From Kiloniellaceae bacterium (lineage in GTDB: Bacteria > Pseudomonadota > Alphaproteobacteria > Kiloniellales > Kiloniellaceae), in the NCBI GenBank assembly GCA_036570545.1, contig DATCXZ010000054.1, positions 1,558 to 65,557 on the forward strand: a stretch of 64,000 nt of DNA. Reading direction: 5' to 3'. Both the position numbers and the translations under genes were made by a program. The notes under the pieces are model-generated. The model was given only the letters and a program-made list of their open reading frames with translations. It searched no databases and was not told where the DNA came from. Of the stretch, positions 1 to 8,569 are shown in pieces. Positions within the stretch are counted from its first letter, which is position 1, and each line of letters starts with the position of its first letter.

Positions 1-66
1 CACAACCGCCGTCGGAACGCGGAGTCGGGCAAGGCCGATTCGGACGAAGTCGGTCGCCTGCCCTGA
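1..66 (+). CDS. 3' end of an upstream CDS (partial; HNRRRNAESGKADSDEVGRLP*)
   Basis: Open frame from base 1 to TGA at 64-66 with GC-rich codons, followed by a more AT-rich intergenic region. Too short to identify. Confidence 0.35.
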   Translation, partial: HNRRRNAESGKADSDEVGRLP

Positions 67-576
67 CTACTTCCGGGCCAGAGTAGTTGAATGCTAGGGG
101 CCAGTTACTACCAGACGTCTCCCCTTGTCTTTTCCGGCCTTGGTTTTGCTGACAAATCTGCCGGCGTCCCCAGAATATCCCCAGAAGAACCCGCAAAAGA
201 TCACAAAGGGGGTAGGCCCGGGCGGGCTATCTTTGGTTAACGTTTTCACATCCAGCTTACCGCGTTTCGTACAGCCTCTTTAGTCGCTTGCAGAGCCTGA
301 GGGGAACAGTGCTCGCATCTACCCGACCCCACACCCATCCTAGGAAGGCCTTGAATAGCAAGGGCTATTTGCTGTGGTTGCGCGGTCGATCCGGTTCCTC
401 ACGCAGCCTTCAGGAGACTCTAATCCTATGCACGGACACGTTGTGTCAATTCCGGGACCATTGCTCTCCGGACGTTTTGGGGCCGTTTTCGTTAACCTTT
501 TCTTTCTCCCGCCTTGCGAGGCTCACTCGCGTTCGCCAAGCACAATCATCAACGACTCCTAGAAGAATGGGAAACA

Positions 577-1449
577 ATGGGCAGCCAACCATCTCCTCGC
601 CTCATAACCTCCTCGCTTGCCGCGCCGCAGCAGCCACTGAGCAGTGGCGACGACGAGGTGGCATGCTCCGCCACCAAAGAACGGGCCGCCAAAGAACGGA
701 CCGATGCGCTGCGTCACTTCGATGCCGCCTTTAGCGAGGGCCCTGCGGTGAGCGCCGAGGATCTCAAGGAAGCGTTCCGCCTGCGGTACCTCGTGTATTG
801 CCTGGACCGCGGCTTCGAGGATGCGGGGAGCTGCCCCTCCGGCCTGGAGTACGACGACTACGACAGCCAGGCCTCGCACTGCCTTCTCAGGGATCGCTGC
901 GGCAAGCGCGCACTCGGCACGGTGCGGGTCGTCATGACGACGGGGGCGGACACCGGAGTCGACAGCCTCCCGCTGGCCGAATACGCCTCGGAAGAGAGCA
1001 TGGAGATCCTGCGCAGCCTGCCCGGCGCATCGACAGCCGAGGTGTCCCGCTTCGCCATCACGCGCTCGGCGCGCGACATTCTTCGCCATTCCGCAAAAAC
1101 CGCGGAAGATCGCTTCGGGACACCCGGCGACACGTTGCGGCGCTTCGAGAAGTTGCTGCCCTACATGGCCCTCGGCCTGTTCCGCGGCATCATCCGTCTC
1201 AGCATCCGCCGCGAAGTGAGCCATTGGTGCCTGGCGGCAGAACCCAGCCTGCTGCGGCGCTTACGCGGCCTGGGCCTGCACTTCGAGCCGGCCGGCCCGC
1301 TGGTCGAGCACCGCGGGCTGCGGCAGATCTGCTATGCCGAGGTCACCGAGTTGCTGGCACGAGTCGAAGCCGAACGCCCCGAGATCTGGGATGTCATGAC
1401 CCTGGGCGGTCTCCTGCTGTCGGACGAGCCCGCACGAACCGTCGCCTGA
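577..1449 (+). CDS. PEP-CTERM/exosortase-associated acyltransferase (FeeM-like N-acyl amino acid synthase, GNAT fold), copy 1
   Basis: Motifs AFRLRYLVYC, GLEYDDYD..ASHCLL, AEVSRFAI, LGLFRGI, EPSLLRRLRGLG, GPLVEHRGLRQ. Start placed at ATG 577 inside the 514 ORF. Confidence 0.85.
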   Translation: MGSQPSPRLITSSLAAPQQPLSSGDDEVACSATKERAAKERTDALRHFDAAFSEGPAVSAEDLKEAFRLRYLVYCLDRGFEDAGSCPSGLEYDDYDSQASHCLLRDRCGKRALGTVRVVMTTGADTGVDSLPLAEYASEESMEILRSLPGASTAEVSRFAITRSARDILRHSAKTAEDRFGTPGDTLRRFEKLLPYMALGLFRGIIRLSIRREVSHWCLAAEPSLLRRLRGLGLHFEPAGPLVEHRGLRQICYAEVTELLARVEAERPEIWDVMTLGGLLLSDEPARTVA

Positions 1450-1615
1450 ACGGACGGCGACATCATCCACAACTTCGTTCTCCCGCCTCTTCAGCGGATC
1501 GCTTTTTGCAGGCGCCGACATTTTCAGCTTGCACGCGAAGCGGTTCGGCAGGATCAAGGAAAAGAAGCTTCTCACCTCTCGGGAGAAGCCTGCGACGACG
1601 CGGCGGGGGAGCGAC

Positions 1616-2377
1616 ATGGCGCCAGCGCTTCACGAGGTCTATCGCCAGTACTTCGATACCATTGCGGTGCAACAGGAAGACCGCGCGCTGCGCGATGAGG
1701 TTTTTCGCCTGCGCTACCAGGTCTATTGCGTCGAGAACCCCTTCGAGGATCCGGCAGAGCACCCGGACGGCCTGGAGCACGATGTCTACGACGAGCGGGC
1801 GACCCATTGCCTGCTGTTCCACAAGCGCACCGAGAGTTGGGCGGGCACGGCCCGCCTGATCCTGCCGAACGCGGAGGACCCGAACCACAGCTTCGCGCTG
1901 CAGGAAGTCTGCAACGATCCCGCGATCTACGACCCCCAGCGCTTTCCGGTGATGCAGATGGGAGAGATCTCCCGCTTCTGTATTTCCAAAGACTTCCGCA
2001 GGCGACAGGGCGACGGCATGTTCCCCGCGAGCGAGGACCCGGAGACTCGCAGCGACGAGCGGCGCGTCATCCCGAACATGACGCTCGGCCTCATGGAGGG
2101 CCTCATCCGGATGAGCCTCGATCATGGCCTTTTCTACCAGTGCGCGGTGATGGAAAGGCCCCTGCTCCGGCTGCTGGACCGCCTCGGCATCCGCTTCACG
2201 CACATCGGCCCGCTGGTCGAATACCACGGCCGCCGGCAGCCCTGCATGCTGAAGCTGGAGACCATGCTCCAGGAGGTGCGCGAGGAGCGCCTCGACGTCT
2301 GGGAGATCCTGACCGAGGGCGGCCGCCATTGGGAGCGGCTGCAGGAACTCAAGGCCGCGCGCCCGACGCCTGCCTAG
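1616..2377 (+). CDS. PEP-CTERM/exosortase-associated acyltransferase (FeeM-like), copy 2
   Basis: VFRLRYQVYCVE, GLEHDVYDERATHCLL, GEISRFCI, GPLVEYHGRRQPC. ATG 1616 preceded by GGGGGAG RBS. Confidence 0.88.
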   Translation: MAPALHEVYRQYFDTIAVQQEDRALRDEVFRLRYQVYCVENPFEDPAEHPDGLEHDVYDERATHCLLFHKRTESWAGTARLILPNAEDPNHSFALQEVCNDPAIYDPQRFPVMQMGEISRFCISKDFRRRQGDGMFPASEDPETRSDERRVIPNMTLGLMEGLIRMSLDHGLFYQCAVMERPLLRLLDRLGIRFTHIGPLVEYHGRRQPCMLKLETMLQEVREERLDVWEILTEGGRHWERLQELKAARPTPA

Positions 2378-2412
2378 CCTCTTGGCCTCTTGGCCGCCTG
2401 GCTCCCTGCCGC

Positions 2413-2429
2413 TGCAAAGTTCCCTTACA
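2413..2429 (+). promoter_or_regulatory. Candidate PrsR enhancer (PEP-CTERM box), distal copy
   Basis: TGCAAAGTTCCCTTACA: 17-bp imperfect palindrome, one mismatch from TGT-N11-ACA, upstream of a sigma54 promoter. Confidence 0.55.
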
Positions 2430-2557
2430 GTGCCAACGGGGTTCGGAGCCGCATCGGTTTTCCCTCATATTTTCAGTAAGATAGTCCCAGGCCAGCCGCG
2501 TTTGCGGGCAGGTTCCGGGCCTCTCGGCGCCGGATCGCTCTCCGGGGAGCCGAGAAC

Positions 2558-2574
2558 TGTCAAAAATCCTTACG
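2558..2574 (+). promoter_or_regulatory. Candidate PrsR enhancer (PEP-CTERM box), proximal copy
   Basis: TGTCAAAAATCCTTACG: one mismatch from TGT-N11-ACA, about 60 bp upstream of the -24 element. Confidence 0.6.
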
Positions 2575-2636
2575 GCATCCTGGCGAAGATCGCCCACACC
2601 CAGCATAACTTACTGTTTCTATGTATATTTCTTCCT

Positions 2637-2652
2637 TGGCACGCGCCTTGCT
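2637..2652 (+). promoter_or_regulatory. Sigma54 (RpoN) -24/-12 promoter of the PEP-CTERM gene
   Basis: TGGCACG-CGCC-TTGCT matches TGGCACG-N4-TTGCW exactly, 59 bp before ATG 2712. Confidence 0.9.
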
Positions 2653-2711
2653 TCTAATCGGTCGACGTTTCGTGCTGTGAATCTGCAACAGACTTCGAGA
2701 GGTTCCGGACC

Positions 2712-3713
2712 ATGTTAGGCAGCAAGACTCTCAGGCTAGCGACGGTGACGGCAGTAGCGAGCCTTCTCGCCCTGCCGGCCTTCGTTGGCGAAGCGCACGC
2801 GGCGGCCAAGGCGTTCTCGTCCCTCCATGTCGAGGACTTCATCGCCAGCGAGGGCGGCACCCAGTTCGACCAGGGCGACTTCGACAACCTCGGCATCACC
2901 AACAGTGGGCAGAACTCGGCAACGCTGACGGGCTTCGCCGGCGAGGTCTTCGGCGACGCAGGCGCGGCCGATATCGATCCCGACCATGCCTGCGTCGGCA
3001 ACGGCTGCGCGTCGATCCCGATCGGCGACAACAACTTCTCGCAGCAGGCCTTCCCGCCGCCCGACAGCTTCGCCCGCGGCGACTCGCGCCAGTTCGGCGC
3101 GATCATCACCGGCACAGCTGCCAGCCAGGACTCAGTGACCGCCGACACGGTCGCGGGGGCGCAACTCCTGACCTCCGGCGAGACGGGGCTCGGCACCAGC
3201 AACGTGGGAACCGATACGGTCGTCAGCTTCAGCCTGATCGACCCTCGGCAGGTGACCTTCACCTTCGCTGCGAGGGGTACGCTCGATGTTCGCTTGGACC
3301 CGGATTCAGCGCCGGGGTCGAGCACCGGCGCCGACTTCGAGTTCGGCATCACGATCCGCGAAGCGGACGGCGGCGCTCTCGTGTTTAGCTGGAATCCGAA
3401 CGGCACGGTCGACGGCGCGATCGTCGGCGGCACCGAGAACGCCGATGGGGCGAACCTGAACCAGGAGATCTCCCGCCTGTTGCCCGGACAGACGATTGTC
3501 GACACGGGCCTTGGTCTCTTCAGCGCGACCACCGGCCTGCTCGATGCCGGCATAAACTATACGCTGACGATCTCGCACAACTCCTTCGCCCGGGCATCCC
3601 TTGTCCTGCAAGAGGTTCCCGAGCCGGCGACCCTGGCTCTCTTCAGCCTGGGCCTGCTTGTGATCGGCGTCATGGCGATGCGCCGCCGCCGGAGCGACGA
3701 CCCGACGGCCTGA
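2712..3713 (+). CDS. PEP-CTERM sorting-domain surface protein
   Basis: N-terminal signal peptide (AHA|A); Gly/Thr/Ser/Asp-rich body; C-terminal VPEPATLALFSLGLLVIGVMAM-RRRR (PEP motif, TM helix, basic cluster). Confidence 0.95.
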   Translation: MLGSKTLRLATVTAVASLLALPAFVGEAHAAAKAFSSLHVEDFIASEGGTQFDQGDFDNLGITNSGQNSATLTGFAGEVFGDAGAADIDPDHACVGNGCASIPIGDNNFSQQAFPPPDSFARGDSRQFGAIITGTAASQDSVTADTVAGAQLLTSGETGLGTSNVGTDTVVSFSLIDPRQVTFTFAARGTLDVRLDPDSAPGSSTGADFEFGITIREADGGALVFSWNPNGTVDGAIVGGTENADGANLNQEISRLLPGQTIVDTGLGLFSATTGLLDAGINYTLTISHNSFARASLVLQEVPEPATLALFSLGLLVIGVMAMRRRRSDDPTA

Positions 3714-3746
3714 GCCTCGCACGAAGAGATTCACAGACTGCGTCAC

Positions 3747-3780
3747 GAGGGTGAGCCGTTCGGCTCACCCTCTTTTCTTT
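3747..3780 (+). terminator. Rho-independent terminator after the PEP-CTERM gene
   Basis: GAGGGTGAGCC-GTTC-GGCTCACCCTC perfect 11-bp stem followed by TTTTCTTT. Confidence 0.9.
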
Positions 3781-3789
3781 GCCTATAGG

Positions 3790-5439
3790 TCAGGGCTGCT
3801 GGGCAGTGGGCCGATAGCGACCCGGCGACAGGATGTCGTCGGGGTCCAGCAGGCGCTTCATACCGGCGACCACGTCCCAGTAGGTCTCGCTGCCCTGCGC
3901 CAGGTACGGCAGGAAGGGCGGGCTGACCCGGTAAGGCGGAAAGCCGGCACGCATCATGGTCTCGCAGAGCGCGTTGGCGCAGTCCAGCGCCGCCGCAGAC
4001 TCCGCCTCGTCCTGCAGGTCGTAGGCGATCGTCATGACGGCGCCCAGGGCACGCTCGGTCACCGAGCTGAAGGTGACGAAAAAGTCGAAGTCGTAGCGGG
4101 CGAAGATCGGCTCGGCCAGGCCGAGGAACTCCTTCACTGCCGCGCCGGTGAACGGCAGGACCGGCGGGAACCACAGCAGCCCGCAGCCGTCCTCGGCCGG
4201 GTCGGCCGTGGAGAAGTCGGCCGGCATGCCCGCTCGGTTGCGCCAATAGGCGCCGGCGAGAAAGCGGTGCGAAGGAATGCCGCGGTTCATGTCGTACACA
4301 GCGCGCAGGGAGGCGAGCTTGCTTCGGAGAGCGGCGACGCGGCGCATCCCCGAGAGCGGCCGGCTCAGGCGGTCGAGCATATCCAGCCTGCCTCGATCGA
4401 AGAAATGCAGCTTCCGACGCGGGCCGGCGAGGCGGCGGCGCACCTCGCGGCGCGCGGCGGCGACAACGCCTTTCGAGCCGTAGAGTCCGCCGGCGATCAT
4501 CCAGGCACCGATGCCACCGCTCTTTCGCAAGCCATCGCGGAACTCCTGCGGCAGTGAGCGCCGGTCCGGGAAGCGGTCGCGCGGAAAGCTCATGCCGCCC
4601 GATATCACGCGCAGGTCGTTGCCCATGTGGATGACGCTGCGAACCGTGCCGTCGAGGCGCAGAGGCCGCAGGTCGTCGACGAAGGCCGCGATGTCCTCGT
4701 CCCGCTCCAGCGAGCAGATGAAGAAGCTGTAGGCCTCGGGCTCAGGCATGAGCCAGATGCCGATAGCGGTCACGATGCCGAGGCTGGACTGCACGAAGAG
4801 TCCGTCCAGCGCCGGGCCGATGCCATAGGGAAAGAGGTGGCTGCTGCGCGCCATGTCGAAGTGGCCGAAGCCGGTGCGCAGAACGCGGCCGTCGGCCAGC
4901 ACGATCTCGAGGCCACTGATGTACTGGGCGCGGTTGCCGTAGGGCGTATGGCCGAAGCCGCGATCGAGGATGTTGCCCACGATGCTGGTGTCGGGGCCGG
5001 CCCCGGTGCAGTCCGGCCACAGCGCGATGCCCTGGGCGCGCAGATGCTCGGAGAGCTGGCCCTGGGTCACGCCCGGCTCGATGACGGCATAGGCAAGGGC
5101 GGGGTCGACCTCGCGGATGCGGTTCATCCGGCTGAGGTCGAGGATGACGTTGCCCGCCGTCACCGGGCAGGCATCGCCGTAGCCCCAGCTCTTGCCCCGG
5201 CTGATCGGATAGAGCGGGACGCAATGCTGGGCCGCGGTCTTGACCGCCGCCACCACCTCCGCCTGCGTCGCCGGCATCAGCACTGCGGCGGCGCGCACCG
5301 GCCGGCCGATGGTCGAGCGGGCGTAGCGATCGAGGACCGCCGCCGCGGTGACGACATGATCGTCACCAAGGTCGCGGCGCCACGCAGCGAGCGCGGCTTC
5401 GAGGTTCCCGCCTGCTGGCGGAGCGGCGTCCCCGCTCAT
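3790..5439 (-). CDS. FAD-binding oxidoreductase, VAO/p-cresol methylhydroxylase flavoprotein family (FeeG-like)
   Basis: PLYPISRGKSWGYG, AVIEPGVT, LEIVLADGRVLRTG, DGLFVQSSLGIVT, C-terminal DPDDILSPGRY. Confidence 0.85.
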   Translation of the reverse strand: MSGDAAPPAGGNLEAALAAWRRDLGDDHVVTAAAVLDRYARSTIGRPVRAAAVLMPATQAEVVAAVKTAAQHCVPLYPISRGKSWGYGDACPVTAGNVILDLSRMNRIREVDPALAYAVIEPGVTQGQLSEHLRAQGIALWPDCTGAGPDTSIVGNILDRGFGHTPYGNRAQYISGLEIVLADGRVLRTGFGHFDMARSSHLFPYGIGPALDGLFVQSSLGIVTAIGIWLMPEPEAYSFFICSLERDEDIAAFVDDLRPLRLDGTVRSVIHMGNDLRVISGGMSFPRDRFPDRRSLPQEFRDGLRKSGGIGAWMIAGGLYGSKGVVAAARREVRRRLAGPRRKLHFFDRGRLDMLDRLSRPLSGMRRVAALRSKLASLRAVYDMNRGIPSHRFLAGAYWRNRAGMPADFSTADPAEDGCGLLWFPPVLPFTGAAVKEFLGLAEPIFARYDFDFFVTFSSVTERALGAVMTIAYDLQDEAESAAALDCANALCETMMRAGFPPYRVSPPFLPYLAQGSETYWDVVAGMKRLLDPDDILSPGRYRPTAQQP

Positions 5440-5504
5440 CGCCTGCGGTCCTGGATCTCGAGCCGCGACGACCCGCTTGGGAACGACATGCTCATGCGAG
5501 TCTT

Positions 5505-8453
5505 CTAGCGCCCGGTCAGCTCGGCCAGCAACGCTTCGGCCTTCGGACGCTCGTCGAACGCCTTCTCCTGGTCCAGCAGCGCGCGCAGCTCGACGACGGC
5601 GCCGTCGGTCTCGCCGTTGGCCGCCAAGGCCTGCGCGAAGTGGAAATGGATGGCCGGATTGTCCGCCGCGCCCTGGCGTGCCTTTCGCAGCAGATCGAGC
5701 GCCTCGCGCTTGTCGCCGACCTCGAGCAGGATCATGCCGAGGGTGTCGGCGATCTCCGGCGCGCCGGGGGCGATTTCTGCCGCCTTGCGCGCCGGGCGCA
5801 CCGCTTCTTCAGCCTTGCCCAGCGACATCCGCAGCCAGGCGAGATTGTTCAGCGTCCAGGCGTTGTCGGGCGCGACCTCCAATGCTGCCTGGTATTCCCG
5901 CTCGGCCGCCGGGAGGCGTCCCAGCGCCATGTAGGTTTCGGCGAGGCTGGTGCGCACCAGAAGATCCTGGGGATACTCCATCAGCCAGGCATCCATGGCT
6001 TCCAGCCCTTCGTCCACCTCGCGGGTGGCGAAGAGGGCCTGCACCAGCTCGATCAGCGTGAAGTTGGTCCGGCGCAGCTCGAAGGCCTTGCGGTAGCTCG
6101 CCACGGCGTCATCGCCGCGCTTCTCGGCGAGCGCGATGCGTCCCTCGATCAGCAGCAGCTCGACCTGCTCGGGAAAGTCCGCCTTCAAGGACGTCAACTT
6201 GGCTTTCGCTTCATCCAGGCGCTCGAGCTGGGCCAGGTAGCGAACCTGCCCGAAACGGGCGCGCGTGTTGTTCGGGTCGAGCGCGAGGGTGCGTTCCGCG
6301 GCGTCCAGGGCGTCCTCGAACTGCCCGTTCTCCTCCAGCGCCCACATCAGGTACTCCTGGGCCTGCGCGCTGCCTGACGCCAAGCTCGCCAGGTTCTGGA
6401 AAGCACGCAGCGCGCCGACGCGGTCGCCGCTGCGCAGGCGGGCCTGCCCTACCGTCTCGAGCAGGCCGAGGTGGTCCGGATTGGCGACAAGGGCGGGCTC
6501 TGCCACCTTCAGCGCCTCCGCCGGTCGATCGCTGGTGATGTAGTGATTGCCCAGCATGACCCGCGGCTGCAACGCGTCGGGATGATGCTCGATCGCCTGG
6601 TTCCAAAGCGCTTCCGCCCGCGCGTTGTCGCCGGCCCGTTCGGCGAGGCCGGCCGCGGTCAGCAGCGAGTTCAGGTGGGCCGGATCGGCTTCGAGCACAC
6701 GGTCGAGGACCGCTCGCGCCTCCTCCGTCTTGCCCTCGATGACCAGGATGTTCACCAGGTTGCCTGCTGCCGCCGGATCTTCCGGCTCCCTCTCCACCGC
6801 GCGCGCAAAGGCCTCGTGAGCCTTGTCGATGTCGCGCGTGCTCAGGTAGGCGATGCCGAGCAGCGTGTCGCCGGATATTCGGTCGGGAAACTGCGTCTTC
6901 ATGCGCTCCGCGACCGCCAGAGCCAGGTCGGGCCGCTTCTGCTGCATCCGCGCGGTGAAGAGCTGGGTATAGGCGGTGTGGCGATCCGGCTCCAGCGCGA
7001 TTGCCCGCTCCAGGGCCTCGGCGGCGCCCTCGGGATCGTTCATCCCCTGGCGCGCAATACCAAGGCGTTCCTGGACCTCCACGTCGTTCGGCTTCCGGGC
7101 CGCAAGCTGCTCGAGGTACTTCAGGCCGGCTTCTCGGTCGCCGACGCTGAAGGCTGCGGCGGTGAGCACGTCGAGATAGCTGGTGTGATCCGGGATCTCG
7201 CCGCCCTCAGGCGCGCGGAGGGTGCCATAGGCCTCCTTCGGATAGCCCAGATTGATCATGGTCAGACCGAGGGCGAGGCGGGCCTGATGGTCCTGCGGAT
7301 TGTGGACGAGGTAGCTGCCGAGATGCACGCGCGCCTTCTCGAACTGCTCCAACTGGAACGCGCTGTGCCCGGCAACCAGGAGCGCCTGAGGAAGGTTCGG
7401 AGCCACCGTGAGAACCTGCTCCGCGACGTTCTGTGCCTGCTGGAAATTGCCGAGCAGGAACTCGACGATCGCGTCCTGCAGCATCACCGCGACAACGTTG
7501 GGGTTGGTTCTTTTCAGCTCGTCGACGATACGAGCCGCCTCTTTCAGCTCGCCGAGCGCCAGCAGCGACTGGATGTGACCGATGTGGTTCGCCAGCCGCG
7601 TCGGATCGAGCTGCCTGGCCAGCGCGAAGCGGTCGCGGGCTTCGGCAAAACGCCGCTCCCGGTAGTACCAGCTCCCGTCAACCTCGAGCAGTCTCGGGTC
7701 TTGCGGGTCAATCGCCGCGGCCCGGTCCAGCAGGTCGCGGGCCGCCTGGCGGTCGCTGAGGGCAAGGGCGATGCGTGCTTTGTTCACCAGGGCCTGAACA
7801 TGCGGCCCGTCCTGCAACACGCGGTCGAAGATGGCTTCCGCCTCGTCAAACCGGCCCAGTCCCAGCAGCGCCTCGCCGCGCGCCACAAAGAGATCCCGCT
7901 CCAGCGCGCTGTCGGCCTTGAGCTCCTCGTCGATGCCGGACACCACGGCGTCGAACTCCTGCTGGCCGAGCTGCGAATAGGCCAGCAGCAGATCGAGCTC
8001 AGGATCGCTGAGGCCGAGCTCTCGGGCGCGCAGGAGCTCCTTCTCGGCGGAGCGGGCATCGCCCAGCTTCAGATGAATCCTGCCGAGCAGGAAGCGGGCC
8101 TCGGCATCGTTGGGATCGCGTTGCAGAGCATTTTTCAGCTCGACCCCGGCAGCCGGCAGGTCGCCCTCCTCGAAAAGCTGCTGCGCGCGCTCGAGAAAGC
8201 TGGCGGCGTGAACGGCGGGCGCGGCCCCAAGCGCAAGCCATGCCAGCGCCAAAAGGGCAAGAAAACCGGGCAGCCAGCGCCGCAAGGAGGCCTTGCCCCC
8301 TGCTGTGCCGTTGCCGGCGCCGGGCCGCGTCGTTCCAAGATCTCTACGGATCACCGGGCAGATCACCAGCCGCTCTCCCTTCGTCGGCGAATATGGCCAA
8401 TGACAAACCACGCACTGGCGACCTACAGAGTATAGACAGGGCAATGGCGGCAT
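5505..8453 (-). CDS. prsT: XrtA/PEP-CTERM system TPR-repeat protein PrsT (true start probably downstream of 8453)
   Basis: Signal peptide, then VELKNALQRDPNDAEARFLLGRIHL and TPR repeats over about 900 aa; divergent from prsK/prsR. Confidence 0.9.
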   Translation of the reverse strand: MPPLPCLYSVGRQCVVCHWPYSPTKGERLVICPVIRRDLGTTRPGAGNGTAGGKASLRRWLPGFLALLALAWLALGAAPAVHAASFLERAQQLFEEGDLPAAGVELKNALQRDPNDAEARFLLGRIHLKLGDARSAEKELLRARELGLSDPELDLLLAYSQLGQQEFDAVVSGIDEELKADSALERDLFVARGEALLGLGRFDEAEAIFDRVLQDGPHVQALVNKARIALALSDRQAARDLLDRAAAIDPQDPRLLEVDGSWYYRERRFAEARDRFALARQLDPTRLANHIGHIQSLLALGELKEAARIVDELKRTNPNVVAVMLQDAIVEFLLGNFQQAQNVAEQVLTVAPNLPQALLVAGHSAFQLEQFEKARVHLGSYLVHNPQDHQARLALGLTMINLGYPKEAYGTLRAPEGGEIPDHTSYLDVLTAAAFSVGDREAGLKYLEQLAARKPNDVEVQERLGIARQGMNDPEGAAEALERAIALEPDRHTAYTQLFTARMQQKRPDLALAVAERMKTQFPDRISGDTLLGIAYLSTRDIDKAHEAFARAVEREPEDPAAAGNLVNILVIEGKTEEARAVLDRVLEADPAHLNSLLTAAGLAERAGDNARAEALWNQAIEHHPDALQPRVMLGNHYITSDRPAEALKVAEPALVANPDHLGLLETVGQARLRSGDRVGALRAFQNLASLASGSAQAQEYLMWALEENGQFEDALDAAERTLALDPNNTRARFGQVRYLAQLERLDEAKAKLTSLKADFPEQVELLLIEGRIALAEKRGDDAVASYRKAFELRRTNFTLIELVQALFATREVDEGLEAMDAWLMEYPQDLLVRTSLAETYMALGRLPAAEREYQAALEVAPDNAWTLNNLAWLRMSLGKAEEAVRPARKAAEIAPGAPEIADTLGMILLEVGDKREALDLLRKARQGAADNPAIHFHFAQALAANGETDGAVVELRALLDQEKAFDERPKAEALLAELTGR

Positions 8454-8569
8454 TGAAGCTGTCCAGGCTCGTAGCGGCGCTTTGATTCAGTGCACAATCG
8501 CTCTCAATCTCCAGCGATGGTTTTGCATTGTTTTCATAAAATGACGCCATCCGTTTTGATAACCGGGCC

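Noticed and set aside
354-373. AATAGC-AAGG-GCTATT hairpin upstream of acyltransferase 1
   Set aside because: Short stem, no U-tract and no match to the -24/-12 pattern; cannot assign a function.
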